This document shows positions 10,101-21,519 of a stretch of 32,215 nucleotides of DNA, piece after piece. Where the stretch lies: assembly GCA_002269645.1 (NCBI GenBank), contig NIVC01003002.1, positions 1 through 32,215 on the forward strand. Direction: 5' to 3'. Position numbers and translations under genes: made by a program. The DNA comes from Macrostomum lignano (lineage: Eukaryota). The stretch's first letter is position 1. Each line of letters opens with the position of its first letter. The notes below the pieces were generated by a model, which worked only from the letters and a program-made list of their open reading frames with translations, made no database searches and was not told the origin of the DNA.

Positions 10101-12114
10101 CTATGCCAATAATGGCAATATTATCTATACAATACCATGCCAATAATGTCCTATTTATTTACATAGTGGCCAAGTTATATATATAGGCCTATATATATTA
10201 TACTCTGGATCATGTAGTATATGCCCAAAAATTTGAGTGTGCATTGGCCTTATATGCCAAAAGTAGGCGTGTACAGTTGGTGTGCATCACTCCTAAGAAA
10301 ATACACTTGGCGTGCACTTTATAGAATCATGCAAGAGTTATTTTAAAGTAGAAAATAAATGAAAAAAGTTTATTTTTAAGCTTAAATTTCCCACTTTCTA
10401 GGTTTTTAAGCTTTTAATAAGGCATTTAAACAATTCTTTGCTTGTATCAATTTTCTACTATAAATATTATCACCCAAAAAGCAGAAAAACTAACCAAAAG
10501 TTTTATCAAAAGTGTCTATTATGCAATAAAAAAGGTCATTTATTGTTGCAACACCAGTGGAGTCTTAGGAATAAGTATGTATTCAATTTTCTTGGCATGC
10601 ATTTGTAATTATTAATTTTTGTTTGGGCATGTACCTAGCATGATCTAGACTATGGTATATATATCTAACTCTAACCCTATATATAATAGGCTTAGCAATT
10701 TTTTTAGCTTATGCTATAGTCTAGAACATGCTGGCCACCATAGTCTGGAACATGGCAAGCATATGCTAAAATGAAAATTCATGTAAATTTTTTTAAATCA
10801 AGTTTAAAATTGTTTATGTGCCAGTTTTTTAAGAATTTATTTTTACAACTTTTAAAGTTTTACATAATTATACTAGCTTTGAACTTGGCTATTTTTTAAG
10901 CCAACTGTGTATACTTCATGTTGAACTTGAAAATTCCATATGCTAAGTGTACGCCAAGATTGTCAGCCAGAGCAAAAATATGCCTGAAAATTCTAGCATA
11001 AAGGCAGGCATATGCTGAAATGAAAATTCATGTTAAACATAAAATTAAAAAACTTACTTTTATATATTTTTTAATTACACAATTAAATTAGCCTTGAACT
11101 CAGCTATTTTTTGTACACGTACACCAACTGTGAACCTTCATGTTGAACCTGAAAATTCTGTATGCCAATTTTATGCCAAGATTGTCAGCAAGAGCAAAAA
11201 TATGCTGAGTTTTCTGGCATAAAGGCCACATTCTGGACTATTGCATGCTAGATGTATGCCTAAACAAAAATTAAATAATTACAAATGCATACCAAAAAAG
11301 TGTATGCTTACACTCAAATCTATATCTATAATCCCAAGTATATACTATGCATGAGATTTTTTGCTTTGCATGCTGCATGTGGGAGAGTTGGATCTACTCC
11401 AAGTGTAGGCCAATGGACCAAGAAGGGGGGGTCAGAAGTTGGGGCAAAAATAGAGGACTTTTTGTGTTACAACTATAAAAGAACCTCTTTGCATTGCAAC
11501 TTTAGTTTTTTGCATTTTGAATTTTGTGAGATTATAGATAACCAATTTTCAAGGAAATGTTCTCCTGTTTTTAACCTAAATATATTCAATTATTTTTCAG
11601 TTATTAAATTATCTATGTCTCTTAAAATTTATATACAATACTTGCTTCAAAAATTATAAGTGTCACATCATGTTTTAAAATTATATTAAAATGAAGCATG
11701 CCAAAAGAACTTTGCTAACTCCTTGCTATATGCTGTGCATGCAGTACTTGTTGCATGCAAGAATTTTCTCTTAAAACATCTTTAAGAGTATAGATCTATT
11801 AGTGTTACAACAATACATGGCCTTTTTATATTGCAACAATAAATAATGACCTTTTGGGTTGCATAAAAGACCTTTTTAGCTAATAATTTGATGGTAGATT
11901 TTTTATTTGTTTGACTTTCTATATTGTTCTATTCTAAATATATATTGTTATATTATTTTATTCTTTATTTATATTGTATTATTACTTTTAATATGTTGAT
12001 TTTTTAAGAATTGTTGGCATTTCTTGTATATATATAATAGGCTAGCTGCTTTGCAAATAAACAAAGCATTATTGGCATGCCAATGTGTAGATAATATTGT
12101 TGTTTTTGGCATAG
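10101..12114. repeat. Degenerate nested inverted repeat (possible old foldback element)
   Basis: Three colinear inverted pairs: 10101-10148 with 12067-12114 (40/48 by hand), 10508-10551 with 11831-11877, and 10592-10642 with 11244-11295. True ends and TSD were not found. Confidence 0.7.
10759..11226. repeat. Two-copy diverged tandem duplication (about 250 and 220 bp) at the centre of the inverted repeat
   Basis: Copies start GCATATGCT(A/G)AAATGAAAATTCATG at about 10759 and 11008. They share CTTCATGTTGAAC(T/C)TGAAAATTC, GCCAAGATTGTCAGC and GAGCAAAAATATGC, and both end GCATAAAGGC. Confidence 0.85.
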
Positions 12115-13239
12115 TACTGTGGGGAGAAGCATTGCAAATAAATAATTGATAATAACAGTTTTTTTACTTATAACTAAATAAAAAAATTAGATAATATTTA
12201 TTTAGCTAGCATTACTTAAATAAGGCTTATTTTTTAGCCAATTTCAGTCAAATATAAGTTCATAGCAATTAAAGGTCAGATAGTGTCTTGATTTTGATCC
12301 CAAAGTCCTGGAATCTTGACTCTAAAATGAGAATAAAAATAGGTTTTGATGATTCAAAATTGATAAAATTAGTAATTATTTAAATTCATTTTATTTCAAC
12401 TTTTAGTTGTTACTTTGTTTACTACTATTGTTTTTACTTTTTGATTTTAATCTTAACCATATGGACCTACAAACTGTGGTACAAAAGACCTAATCTCAAT
12501 TCCTTAATCCTAATCCCAAACTCAAGAAAAAAATTATTCATAATCCTAATCTTGCCTGATGACTTAAATCCTATCTGATCTCTATTAACAATGTCTGTTC
12601 AATCAAAGTTATTCAAAATTGATTGAACAATATAATTAAACAGGTTGAGATTTATGAAAAGCAATTGAGCCATAAAGTCCATCATTTTGATATTTTTAAA
12701 GATTTATGATAAATAGATATAGGCAACTCGTCTTTAATTTACTATTTATAATTTTTGGCATATACTATTATTCAAGGTATGACATTTTACTATGCCATAA
12801 AGTTGAGCTAATGATGTAAAAAATAATTTAAAAACTTTTTTGGAAAGCAAATTTGGATTTTATATATATATAATAGGCAATAAGACTTTCTTTATTATTG
12901 TTATATTCCAATTCAAGCATTTCTAAGCACCTGCAAAAGTGGAATTTTTAATATGCACAATATGCTTTTTCAATGTTTTAATAGTGTTACAAAATTGATT
13001 GTATATACAGTAATATACTTATAAAGAAAAGTGTTATATTAGCATTATATGTAAATAAAACTGTAGTGTCTTTAGATATTGCTTTTAAATGTAAACAAAT
13101 TTAAATTTTTTGCACTTATTTCAGCTGCAGTGTTATATTTAATAATAATTTTCTTTTTATAATATTTTGTCACACACATTGCAGTATTTCATAAAATAAT
13201 TATCCACCTGTCCCACCACCGCTGCTTCTTCGCAGAAAC

Positions 13240-14027
13240 ATGGGCACCAGCGCCGAGGATGTCAGTCCTAGTCGGCCGCAGCTTTCCTGTCCGTCTGTTT
13301 GTCCTCTGTGCGGCAGCGGAGTTCGCATAGCTCAGTGCGGCTGGATGCGAGCAATGCCAGTGTGCGACAATGCCCAGTGTCTGTACCCTATGGTGTCCGA
13401 GCTGCCTGCGCCAAACCTAGCCAGGCCCTACACAGACATGCCAGCTAGTCCGCCAGCTGCTAGTTCATCTTCTCCGACAGCTAAATTAGATCATTCCGAT
13501 GCTGACAGCCAGGCTGTATCTATTGAATCAGTTAGCCATCTGCCAGTGGAACCAGATGAAGTGTTTGTTCACACAATGACCGAGCCTGATCGGTCTGGTC
13601 CGTTTACTGCCGCCGCGCTAACTACTGTTCTCTGCGGTCCTGTCCAGCGGCGAGCCAGTGCGGCAGCTTCAACTTCATCCGGCACCCTGGCCGCGTGCAG
13701 CCGCGCCTACGCTAAAGCGCTGCGACTAACCAGAGCGTCGTTGCACCCGGCGCAGGTCTCCTCTGGACGAGTTTCAACGAGGCGTCAGTTTCGCAATTTG
13801 GAACTTGTCGGCCTGGCCGATATTGAGCGGTCGGTGCTGCGCGAGCTGGACTCGCTAGATAGATTAGTGGCTAAGCCACTCTCCCTAAGCGTCAGCGATG
13901 TTCGCGACGATTTTTATGAGACCGCGCATCGGCTATTGAAATCCGACAAGCGATTGGCTAAACAATTCCAGTCTGTTCACACCCTGCGCCAGGTCTGCAC
14001 TGTGTGCTTTAAGCAGCACGTTAGCCG
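13240..14027 (+). CDS. USPL1: USPL1-like protein, exon 1 (N-terminal Cys motif and start of the peptidase-like domain)
   Basis: CPLCG..x..VCDNAQCLYPM resembles the USPL1 N-terminal CPAC..LCEDLQCIYPL motif. AHRLLKSDKRLAKQFQSVHTLRQVCTVCFKQHVSR aligns with USPL1 AFPLLLKLETHIEKLFLYSFSWDFECSQCGHQYQNR. Donor CG|gtaagt at 14027/14028, phase 2. Alignment is from memory. Confidence 0.75.
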
Positions 14028-14729
14028 GTAAGTAGATGAATAATTTTTGTTTTTTAACACACATGCCCAATAATTAGAAAGTCAGTGCGCTGACGCCTGT
14101 GTGTGCTCAGAAGTTAGCAGAATGAGTAGAATTGCCTCGGCGCTGAGAGTTCGTTTTCGTGTGAACAATTACAGCAATTGTGATTTTGGTCCAGATCAAG
14201 GTTTTAGTCTAGTAAGATTCTTAGACAGTGCTTAACAAAAACTTAATGGCCATTTTTGTGTTTCTGAGAACACAGCGTTATTAACGCTCGTATTGGGTTT
14301 GTTAAGCGTCAGAATTGCAGTGCCATTTGGCATCCTGGGTCCAAGTTCAGATCTTTAAACAAGTTTCAAATTCAAAATCAAACAAAATATCAACACCTCT
14401 CTACCTCTACCCTTTACACTGCTAAGTCTCCAAGTCTCTTTGACAATTGATAGAAGTCTTGAAAATCCTAAAATCCATATAATTATAGAGTTATTAATGC
14501 CTGAAACAGAGGTTAAAATACAAAAAATATATAATTTAAACCAAATAATATCCAGCTTAGAAAAAAACAGGGTGCCAATGTTTAACCCAAGGTTGAAATT
14601 TAGGATAACAAAATTAATTTAACGCACGCTATGACAAAAAGCCAGTGTAAGACAGAGCAGTACTTCATTAATTTATTACCGTTTCGTATTCGCAATAATA
14701 AAAAATGCACAACTACTCTCATTTGTTAG

Positions 14730-14863
14730 ACAAAAAGCCACCGTACTACGATTAAGCGATCCGGCTACAGATTTCGATCTATTTGATCCCAACAAGCGAG
14801 TTTCTTGCGGCCTTGCCAACACTGCAGGGCGCCGCAGCAGCGCGTTTTGTTGCGCTGGGAAAA
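14730..14863 (+). CDS. USPL1: USPL1-like exon 2, containing an apparent 1-nt deletion at about 14801-14803
   Basis: Acceptor ctctcatttgttag at 14729 fits phase 2 (R-QKATVLRLSDPATDFDLFDPNKRV). After restoring one T it reads FLRPCQHCRAPQQRVLLRWEK, matching USPL1 HFGPCNNCNSKSQIRKMVLEK. Donor AA|gtacgc at 14863/14864. This exon is not in the ORF track. Confidence 0.7.
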
Positions 14864-14953
14864 GTACGCGTTGAACTTATGTTGACTAATAATTTAATGT
14901 ATTTGTTTGAGACAATGGGATTTTAATTGTCAAGTCTTGTAATTTTTCTCCAG

Positions 14954-15156
14954 ATCCTCAGACGGCCGCCAGCCAATCTCGGACGCAGTTTTCCTAGAGG
15001 CCCGCGACGGCTTGCCCGGCCCAATCCAGCTGAATAAGAGCCTGCGCACGCACGATGGCCTGGCCCTGATACCTACGGCTGCTGTGCAACGATTGACTCG
15101 TAGCAGCCAATCTAACAATCAATTTTATTACGTTATTTGGCTATACAGTCGGGACA
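14954..15156 (+). CDS. USPL1: USPL1-like exon 3 (His-box region)
   Basis: Acceptor tttttctccag at 14953, phase 2, matching exon 2. SDAVFLEARDGLP..DGLALIPTAAVQ..NNQFYYVIWL aligns with USPL1 SPIFMLHFVEGLP..EGCLYQITSVIQ..NNHFITWI. Donor A|gtaagt at 15156/15157, phase 1. This exon is not in the ORF track. Confidence 0.75.
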
Positions 15157-15835
15157 GTAAGTTTTGCTTTAATAACTAGCCGACTCTAGTGTGCTTGCGT
15201 GTGTGGTCTGACTGGACTCGCAGATACTATACTAGACCTGCCACTTGGCCAAATTGGCCATTTCAAAATTTGGAGAGGACGCAATCGTAAAAGTTGTTAG
15301 AGCAAGAACAAAACTAGTCGGTTAACTGGTTAAAAATAATAAAACGGGTCAAACTGTTTTCTAAGCTAAATACTTTCTACTGTACTGAAAGTGTGTGTGT
15401 AGCACGTTCTAGAATCCATTATACTAAAATTTCCATTTCTGTCTTTTATTAGGGTGTGTTAGTCTAGTGTCTAGTCTGTGTGAATGAATATTATACTTGT
15501 GCCTGTTTTCTATCATAGTGTTTTAAGTACAAGTATTGATTATATAAATGCTATTGTATGTATATTTGTAGACAGTCTTTGTGTCTTACCACTTTAGGGC
15601 AAGCCCGCATCGGTGATCGAAGTGTTATTAATTCGATTCTTGTCGAAAATAGCACTTATTGTGCTGATGCGAGATTGCGATATACTTATAGTCAGGTGTG
15701 GACTTTGCAGAAAAGAAAACGAAATCTTTACGGCTTGCTAAAACAAAAAAAATTGTTTAATCTATTGAGAATTACATATAAACTATAAATCTGAATTGAA
15801 AATCAGTTATGCAAAAAGAACCGAAGTTCACAGCT

Positions 15836-17914
15836 AGAAACCGACTTTACGGCTTACCAGCATTACCTAGTCCTAAAAATCCAGTCAGAAACCGACTTTG
15901 CGGCTTTCCAACATTACCTAAAAATCCAGTCAGAAACCGACTTTACGGCTTACCAGCATTACCTAGTCCTAAAAATCCAGTCAGAAACCGACTTTGCGGC
16001 TTACCAGCATTACCTAGTCCTAAATATCCAGTCAGAAACCGACTTTACGGCTCACCAGCATTACCTAGTCCTAAATATCCAGTCAGAAACCGACTTTACG
16101 GCTTACCAGCATTACCTAGTCCTAAAAATCCAGTCAGAAACCGACTTTGCGGCTTTCCAACATTACCTAAAAATCCAGTCAGAAACCGACTTTACGGCTT
16201 ACCAGCATTACCTAGTCCTAAAAATCCAGTCAGAAACCGACTTTGCGGCTTACCAGCATTACCTAGTCCTAAATATCCAGTCAGAAACCGACTTTACGGC
16301 TCACCAGCATTACCTAGTCCTAAATATCCAGTCAGAAACCGACTTTACGGCTTACCAGCATTACCTAAAAATCCAGTCAGAAACCGACTTTACGGCTTTC
16401 CAACATTACCTAAAAATCCAGTCAGAAACCGACTTTACGGCTTACCAGCATTACCTAGTCCTAAATATCCAGTCAGAAACTGACTTTACGGCTTACCAGC
16501 ATTACCTAGTCCTAAATATCCAGTCAGAAATCGACTTTACGGCTTACCAGCATTACCTAGTCCTAAATATCCAGTCAGAAACCGACTTTACGGCTTACCA
16601 ACATTACCTAAAAATCCAGTCAGAAACCGACTTTACAGCTTACCAACATTATCTAAATATCCAGTCAGAAACCGACTTTACGGCTTACCAACATTATCTA
16701 AATATCCAGTCAGCAACCGACTTTACGGCTTACCAACATTATCTAAATATCCAGTCAGAAACCGACTTTACGGCTTACCAACATTATCTAAATATCCAGT
16801 CAGAAACCGACTTTACGGCTTACCAACATTATCTAAATATCCAGTCAGAAACCGACTTTACGGCTTACCAACATTATCTAAATATCCAGTCAGAAACCGA
16901 CTTTACGGCTTACCAACATTATCTAAATATCCAGTCAGAAACCGACTTTACGGCTTACCAGCATTACCTAGTCCTAAATATCCAGTCAGAAATCGACTTT
17001 ACGGCTTACCAGCATTACCTAGTCCTAAATATCCAGTCAGAAACCGACTTTACGGCTTACCAACATTACCTAAAAATCCAGTCAGAAACCGACTTTACGG
17101 CTTACCAACATTATCTAAATATCCAGTCAGAAACCGACTTTACGGCTTACCAACATTATCTAAAAATCCAGTCAGAAACCGACTTTACGGCTTACCAACA
17201 TTATCTAAATATCCAGTCAGAAACCGACTTTACGGCTTACCAACATTATCTAAATATCCAGTCAGAAACCGACTTTACGGCTTACCAACATTATCTAAAA
17301 TCCAGTCAGAAACCGACTTTACGGCTTACCAACATTATCTAAAATCCAGTCAGAAACCGACTTTACGGCTTACCAACATTATCTAAATATCCAGTCAGAA
17401 ACCGACTTTACGGCTTACCAACATTATCTAAATATCCAGTCAGAAACCGACTTTACGGCTTACCAACATTACTTAAATCCAGTCAGAAACCGACTTTACG
17501 GCTTACCAACATTATCTAAATATCCAGTCAGAAACCGACTTTACGGCTTACCAACATTATCTAAAAATCCAGTCAGAAACCGACTTTACGGCTTACCAAC
17601 ATTATCTAAAATCCAGTCAGAAACCGACTTTACGGCTTACCAACATTATCTAAAAATCCAGTCAGAAACCGACTTTACGGCTTACCAACATTATCTAAAA
17701 ATCCAGTCAGAAACCGACTTTACGGCTTACCAACATTATCTAAAATCCAGTCAGAAACCGACTTTACGGCTTACCAACATTATCTAAATATCCAGTCAGA
17801 AACCGACTTTGCGGCTTACCAACATTATCTAAATATCCAGTTAGAAACCGACTTTATGGTTTGCTAATAATACCAAAAAATCCAGTCAGAAACCGACTTT
17901 ACGCCTTACCAGCA
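15836..17914. repeat. 45/51-nt minisatellite (CCAGTCAGAAACCGACTTTACGGCTTACCAACATTATCTAAATAT; the 51-nt form has an extra TAGTCC), about 45 copies, in USPL1-like intron 3
   Basis: Direct tandem repetition. Mixed 51/45-nt units on the left change to almost pure 44-45-nt units on the right. Confidence 0.95.
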
Positions 17915-18813
17915 TTTTTTGTAAGAGAACTTTACGCCTTACCAGCCTACAGAAAAATAATTTTGGATTAGAAAATTTTATTGCCTTTAAAACTAAAAAA
18001 ACGATTCTTGTATAAAGTATAAAAGATCTAATTAAAAACCACGCGGTGCCTAAAATCATTATAAATCAAGAGTCTTCCCAGTGAGAGACTGACTTTACGG
18101 CTATATAGTTGCGAATGATAATTATTAAGCACAAAGGAAGGAGCCAGTGCGGCTTGGTGGCGGCTCGCGAATCAACTTCAAGAAGGTTCGACTAAGGTAA
18201 AATGCTCCTTCCTGATGAGTTGCTTACTTGCTCTACATATAGTTTGATTAAGTCAGGCTCCCACTGAACAAATGGTCTTGAAAAGTTAGCCATTAATCGC
18301 GTGCAACAAAACTCATTGAAAAGTTGAAATTCAAGTAAGTTCCGACCCGACTTATCTGCAAGCATCCAGTTTCGTTAATAAACCGTAGATTATAAGTAAT
18401 TTTTGCTCCCTTTGATGCCGTCTGGGTTTCCTTTACACTCACTCTAATAATCTCGTGACTAAAAAATGTGCCAAGCAATAAACAGTATATCAAGCGTCAA
18501 TATAAAAATGCCAATCTAGAGGTGAAATTGATTGATAAGTCGGGTAAGTCTGGCTATCGACCATAGACAAAACGAATGACTTCTACACTGGCACCACAGG
18601 TTGGCATTCTATGTTTACGCTCGATATTCTATGGTAATATCTGGTCTGACCTGTCAATAAAGTTAAGCATACGTAATTGGTACAGTCAACAATTAGCTCA
18701 TATTAAAAACAGGTAACAGAATTTAGTCTCCTTTTTAGCCCAAGCTGCTTCTCTTAAACTGTGCCATTTTAACCCTACCAGACCGATATCTGTCACTATA
18801 TATTAATCTGTAG

Positions 18814-19604
18814 ATGCCCGCTGGATGCGCCTGGGTCCAAATAGCGACTCTGCTCTGCCGGCCCTGGCCTGCCATGACATTGCCTCGGCGCCGAACTTTC
18901 AGTCTGGCGAATTAGTCGCCGCACTGTTTGAACGCGACTGTCCAGCTGGCGACGCTGGCGGCACAGAGCCGTCTAGTAGCTTTACTAAAACCTGCGACGG
19001 GTCTGGGCGGAGCTCGGCCGCTCTGCCTCCAGTTTATCGACAGCCACCCGCTGCTGCTGCTGTGACCGCTCCGCCAGTTGCTGCGACCGCCGATGCCAAC
19101 AATGACGAGTTGGACCTTCTAGACGAATTGTTCGGCACGCCTCCGCCGCAGTCCACAGTAAGCCCCAGCGCCAACCTTCAATCAAGACTTCGTTCCGTGA
19201 TGGCAAAACGTCGCGCCGATTCGGCCGTTTCGTCAGCGTCGGCGTCTGTCGGTGCAGCCTCGGTTCGTTCGGATCCGACAGTTTGCGGCCAGCTGCCGCT
19301 GCCGGCCAGCTCCGGCCGCGGTTTTGTACTGTCGCGTTTCCTCAGCTCCGCCGCTAAGCCGGCCGACGATCGACGACTGCCGGCTTACAGCGAGGACCGA
19401 CACCTGCTAGCGCCGGCTGACGAGCAGCCGCGCCGGCGACGGCGACCCGGCTCTGTCGGCGAGGAGGAACAGGAGCAGCAGGCGGCTGAAGCATCGGCAG
19501 CGCTACGGGCCGAGCCGCAGTTGAAGCGGGTGCGCACAGCGGAACAGGGACTGCAGGTGGATGCGCAGCGGGCATCGCTACTAGAGTTGGCCAAGTTCAA
19601 ATAA
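18814..19604 (+). CDS. USPL1: USPL1-like exon 4 (end of the peptidase-like domain and a low-complexity C-terminus)
   Basis: Acceptor taatctgtag at 18813; phase 1 joins exon 3 in frame (N-ARWMRLGPN..FQSGELVAALFER vs USPL1 GSWLECDDL..VPASEIHIVIWER). Stop TAA 19602-19604. The four exons plus the one restored base total 1917 nt (638 aa). Confidence 0.72.
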
Positions 19605-19770
19605 ATTATAAATATTAACCCTATAGTTTGGACACCCAAACAGTGCTCCTTTGCCGTAATGCGCCGTCTATTTGTATATAAGCTTGTTCTGTTCTCTTAA
19701 TGTCAGTTATGCAGCCTGTGCGGTCTTTGTGTGTTTAACTATTTGCTTGCTATAAGCATTATCTGAATAT

Positions 19771-19776
19771 AATAAA
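19771..19776 (+). promoter_or_regulatory. Candidate polyadenylation signal AATAAA for the USPL1-like gene
   Basis: Hexamer about 165 nt after the stop codon. The context is AT-rich, so this is weak evidence. Confidence 0.35.
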
Positions 19777-20370
19777 ATATAATGCAAAAAAACATTTTGC
19801 TCTATTTTCTCTGTTCAGGAATGCTTAGTAATTAATGCTGTATTGTTCAAATCTATCGAACGGTAAAATTTGCTTTGTAATTATTTTATATATTAAAGTA
19901 CAAGCAGAGATTAAAGTACATAATAACCGATAAGCCGCTGGTAAACGTGCAAAGTACATATACAATCGTACATATTGCTAATTTCAAATATCGGTGCACT
20001 AGTACTAGATTAACAGTCAGCCAGATTAGTTTATCTTAGTTTCTGATAAAACAACAAAAAATTAATTTGATTTTTAGAGGGTAGAAAAAGCACGCAGAGA
20101 ACTACTGTAGGTGTACATGTACATGGCGCACGGACAACTGCAGTAGCAGGGTGGTACACTTGATTTTCTTAGAAATGAGCTAGAGGCTGATTAGGAACGT
20201 TTAATCGGATTTTTCTCGACTGAATTTGTCTATGGCAAATTTGTTTTGTTTTGGCCATAGACATAAATAAACGGGAGACTATTTCCAATTGGCCCGGTAC
20301 TTTACTGAAATCGACTATCAATCAAATATACGATAGCTGATAATATCAATGAAGTTGTCAAAGCGTTATC

Positions 20371-20644
20371 TTAGCCTGGCTGGGACTGGACATCCCAGTA
20401 GGCCGGAGGCGGCGGCTGCTGCGACAGATTAATCGGGTATGGTGGCGGCTGTTGCTGCTCCTGTCCGTAGTAGTTTAACGGCTGCTCAGTCGGCTTGTTG
20501 ATCAAGTCATTTGAAGCTGGAGCCAAGGTCGGCCGATTATCATGGCCACCCGCGGCTACAACAATCGGTTCTGCTACTTGAACGTTTGACATTTGTAGCG
20601 CCGGATTGGTGTGCGCCACGGATACTGAGGCGCTTTGCGATTGG
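20371..20644 (-). CDS. Shisa-like gene A, terminal exon: cytoplasmic tail with two PPxY motifs
   Basis: Acceptor aatttcag (20645), phase 2. Reads QSQSASVSV..QQQQPPPYP..QQPPPPAYWDVQSQPG*. Length is 1+273 nt. Confidence 0.85.
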
Positions 20645-21344
20645 CTGAAATTTAGGTGTACATGGCATATTACATGTACACATGATTGAGTCTTGGGCGG
20701 ATTTTGACCTCCGTTGGTATTGTCAGATTCGATTATGACTACTGAGAAAAGTATACAAATAAAGATTTGAATCGTAGAATGTATCACATATCGCAAAGAT
20801 GTCACGAAACGTCTGTGCACACAGAGTGGTGGGAAAGTACGATGTGTGATAATGGCCGACTGACAGAGGCAAACCAAGCCAGAAACCGGTCTCGGTATGC
20901 CTGCATGAAGTTTGACCCATTTTTTAGTATCACAGGTAAATTGAGTGCGAATGATTCATCATGTCAGAATTTCTCTATTGATAAGTAGAAAGTATGGAGT
21001 GTAGCGCGAAAAATCTATGCAATGAACATACTAGACGTTGTTCAGCGCTAGCCTAGCTCACACATTGGATGGAGCCAGTTGAGGGCAATATCACACCCAG
21101 GTACATGCCATGTACAGTTGTACACGACAGAACTGACGATTTTGGCCCAAGGACAGTTATTTTACAGGAAAACTATAGCTATTGAAGGTGATCTTCTAAA
21201 CTATTAACATTAACTTTAACGGTAAACTCTAACTTTAGCTGGTTCATTTTTGTCACTATAGTTTCCCAAAAGCTTGAAACATTAAGCATCTTCAACACGA
21301 GAAAATGTTTTATGATATAATCTACCTTCACGAACTTTACGCAC

Positions 21345-21449
21345 CTGTTCTTGTGCCTTTTGTAGCCCTTGTAGCATCGGTCAGCGATGTAGACGCAGAC
21401 GCAGCAGCCCAGCACCACGCCAACGCAGAGTCCGATGACTCGGCCGCTG
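21345..21449 (-). CDS. Shisa-like gene A, transmembrane exon
   Basis: Acceptor aattgcag (21450), donor AG|gtgcgt (21344), phase 2-2. Reads (D)SGRVIGLCVGVVLGCCVCVYIADRCYKGYKRHKN: a hydrophobic helix with juxtamembrane Cys followed by basic residues. Confidence 0.85.
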
Positions 21450-21519
21450 CTGCAATTGACGCATGCGAATTTGTACTTTTACTTTGACCTTCTCGTATCT
21501 TAATCTTACTTTAAGCTTA

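Noticed and set aside
11285-11659. Short AT-rich ORFs in the track (11285-11659, 2622-2909, 8658-8888, 9943-10143, 14440-14622, 27768-28082)
   Set aside because: Intron-like or repeat composition, F/I/L/K/Y-biased translations, no motifs and no splice-phase support.
15809-16483. 224-aa NRLYGLPALPSPKNPVR repeat ORF
   Set aside because: It is an intronic satellite; the frame closes with stops as the array continues, and there are no flanking splice signals or unique coding sequence.
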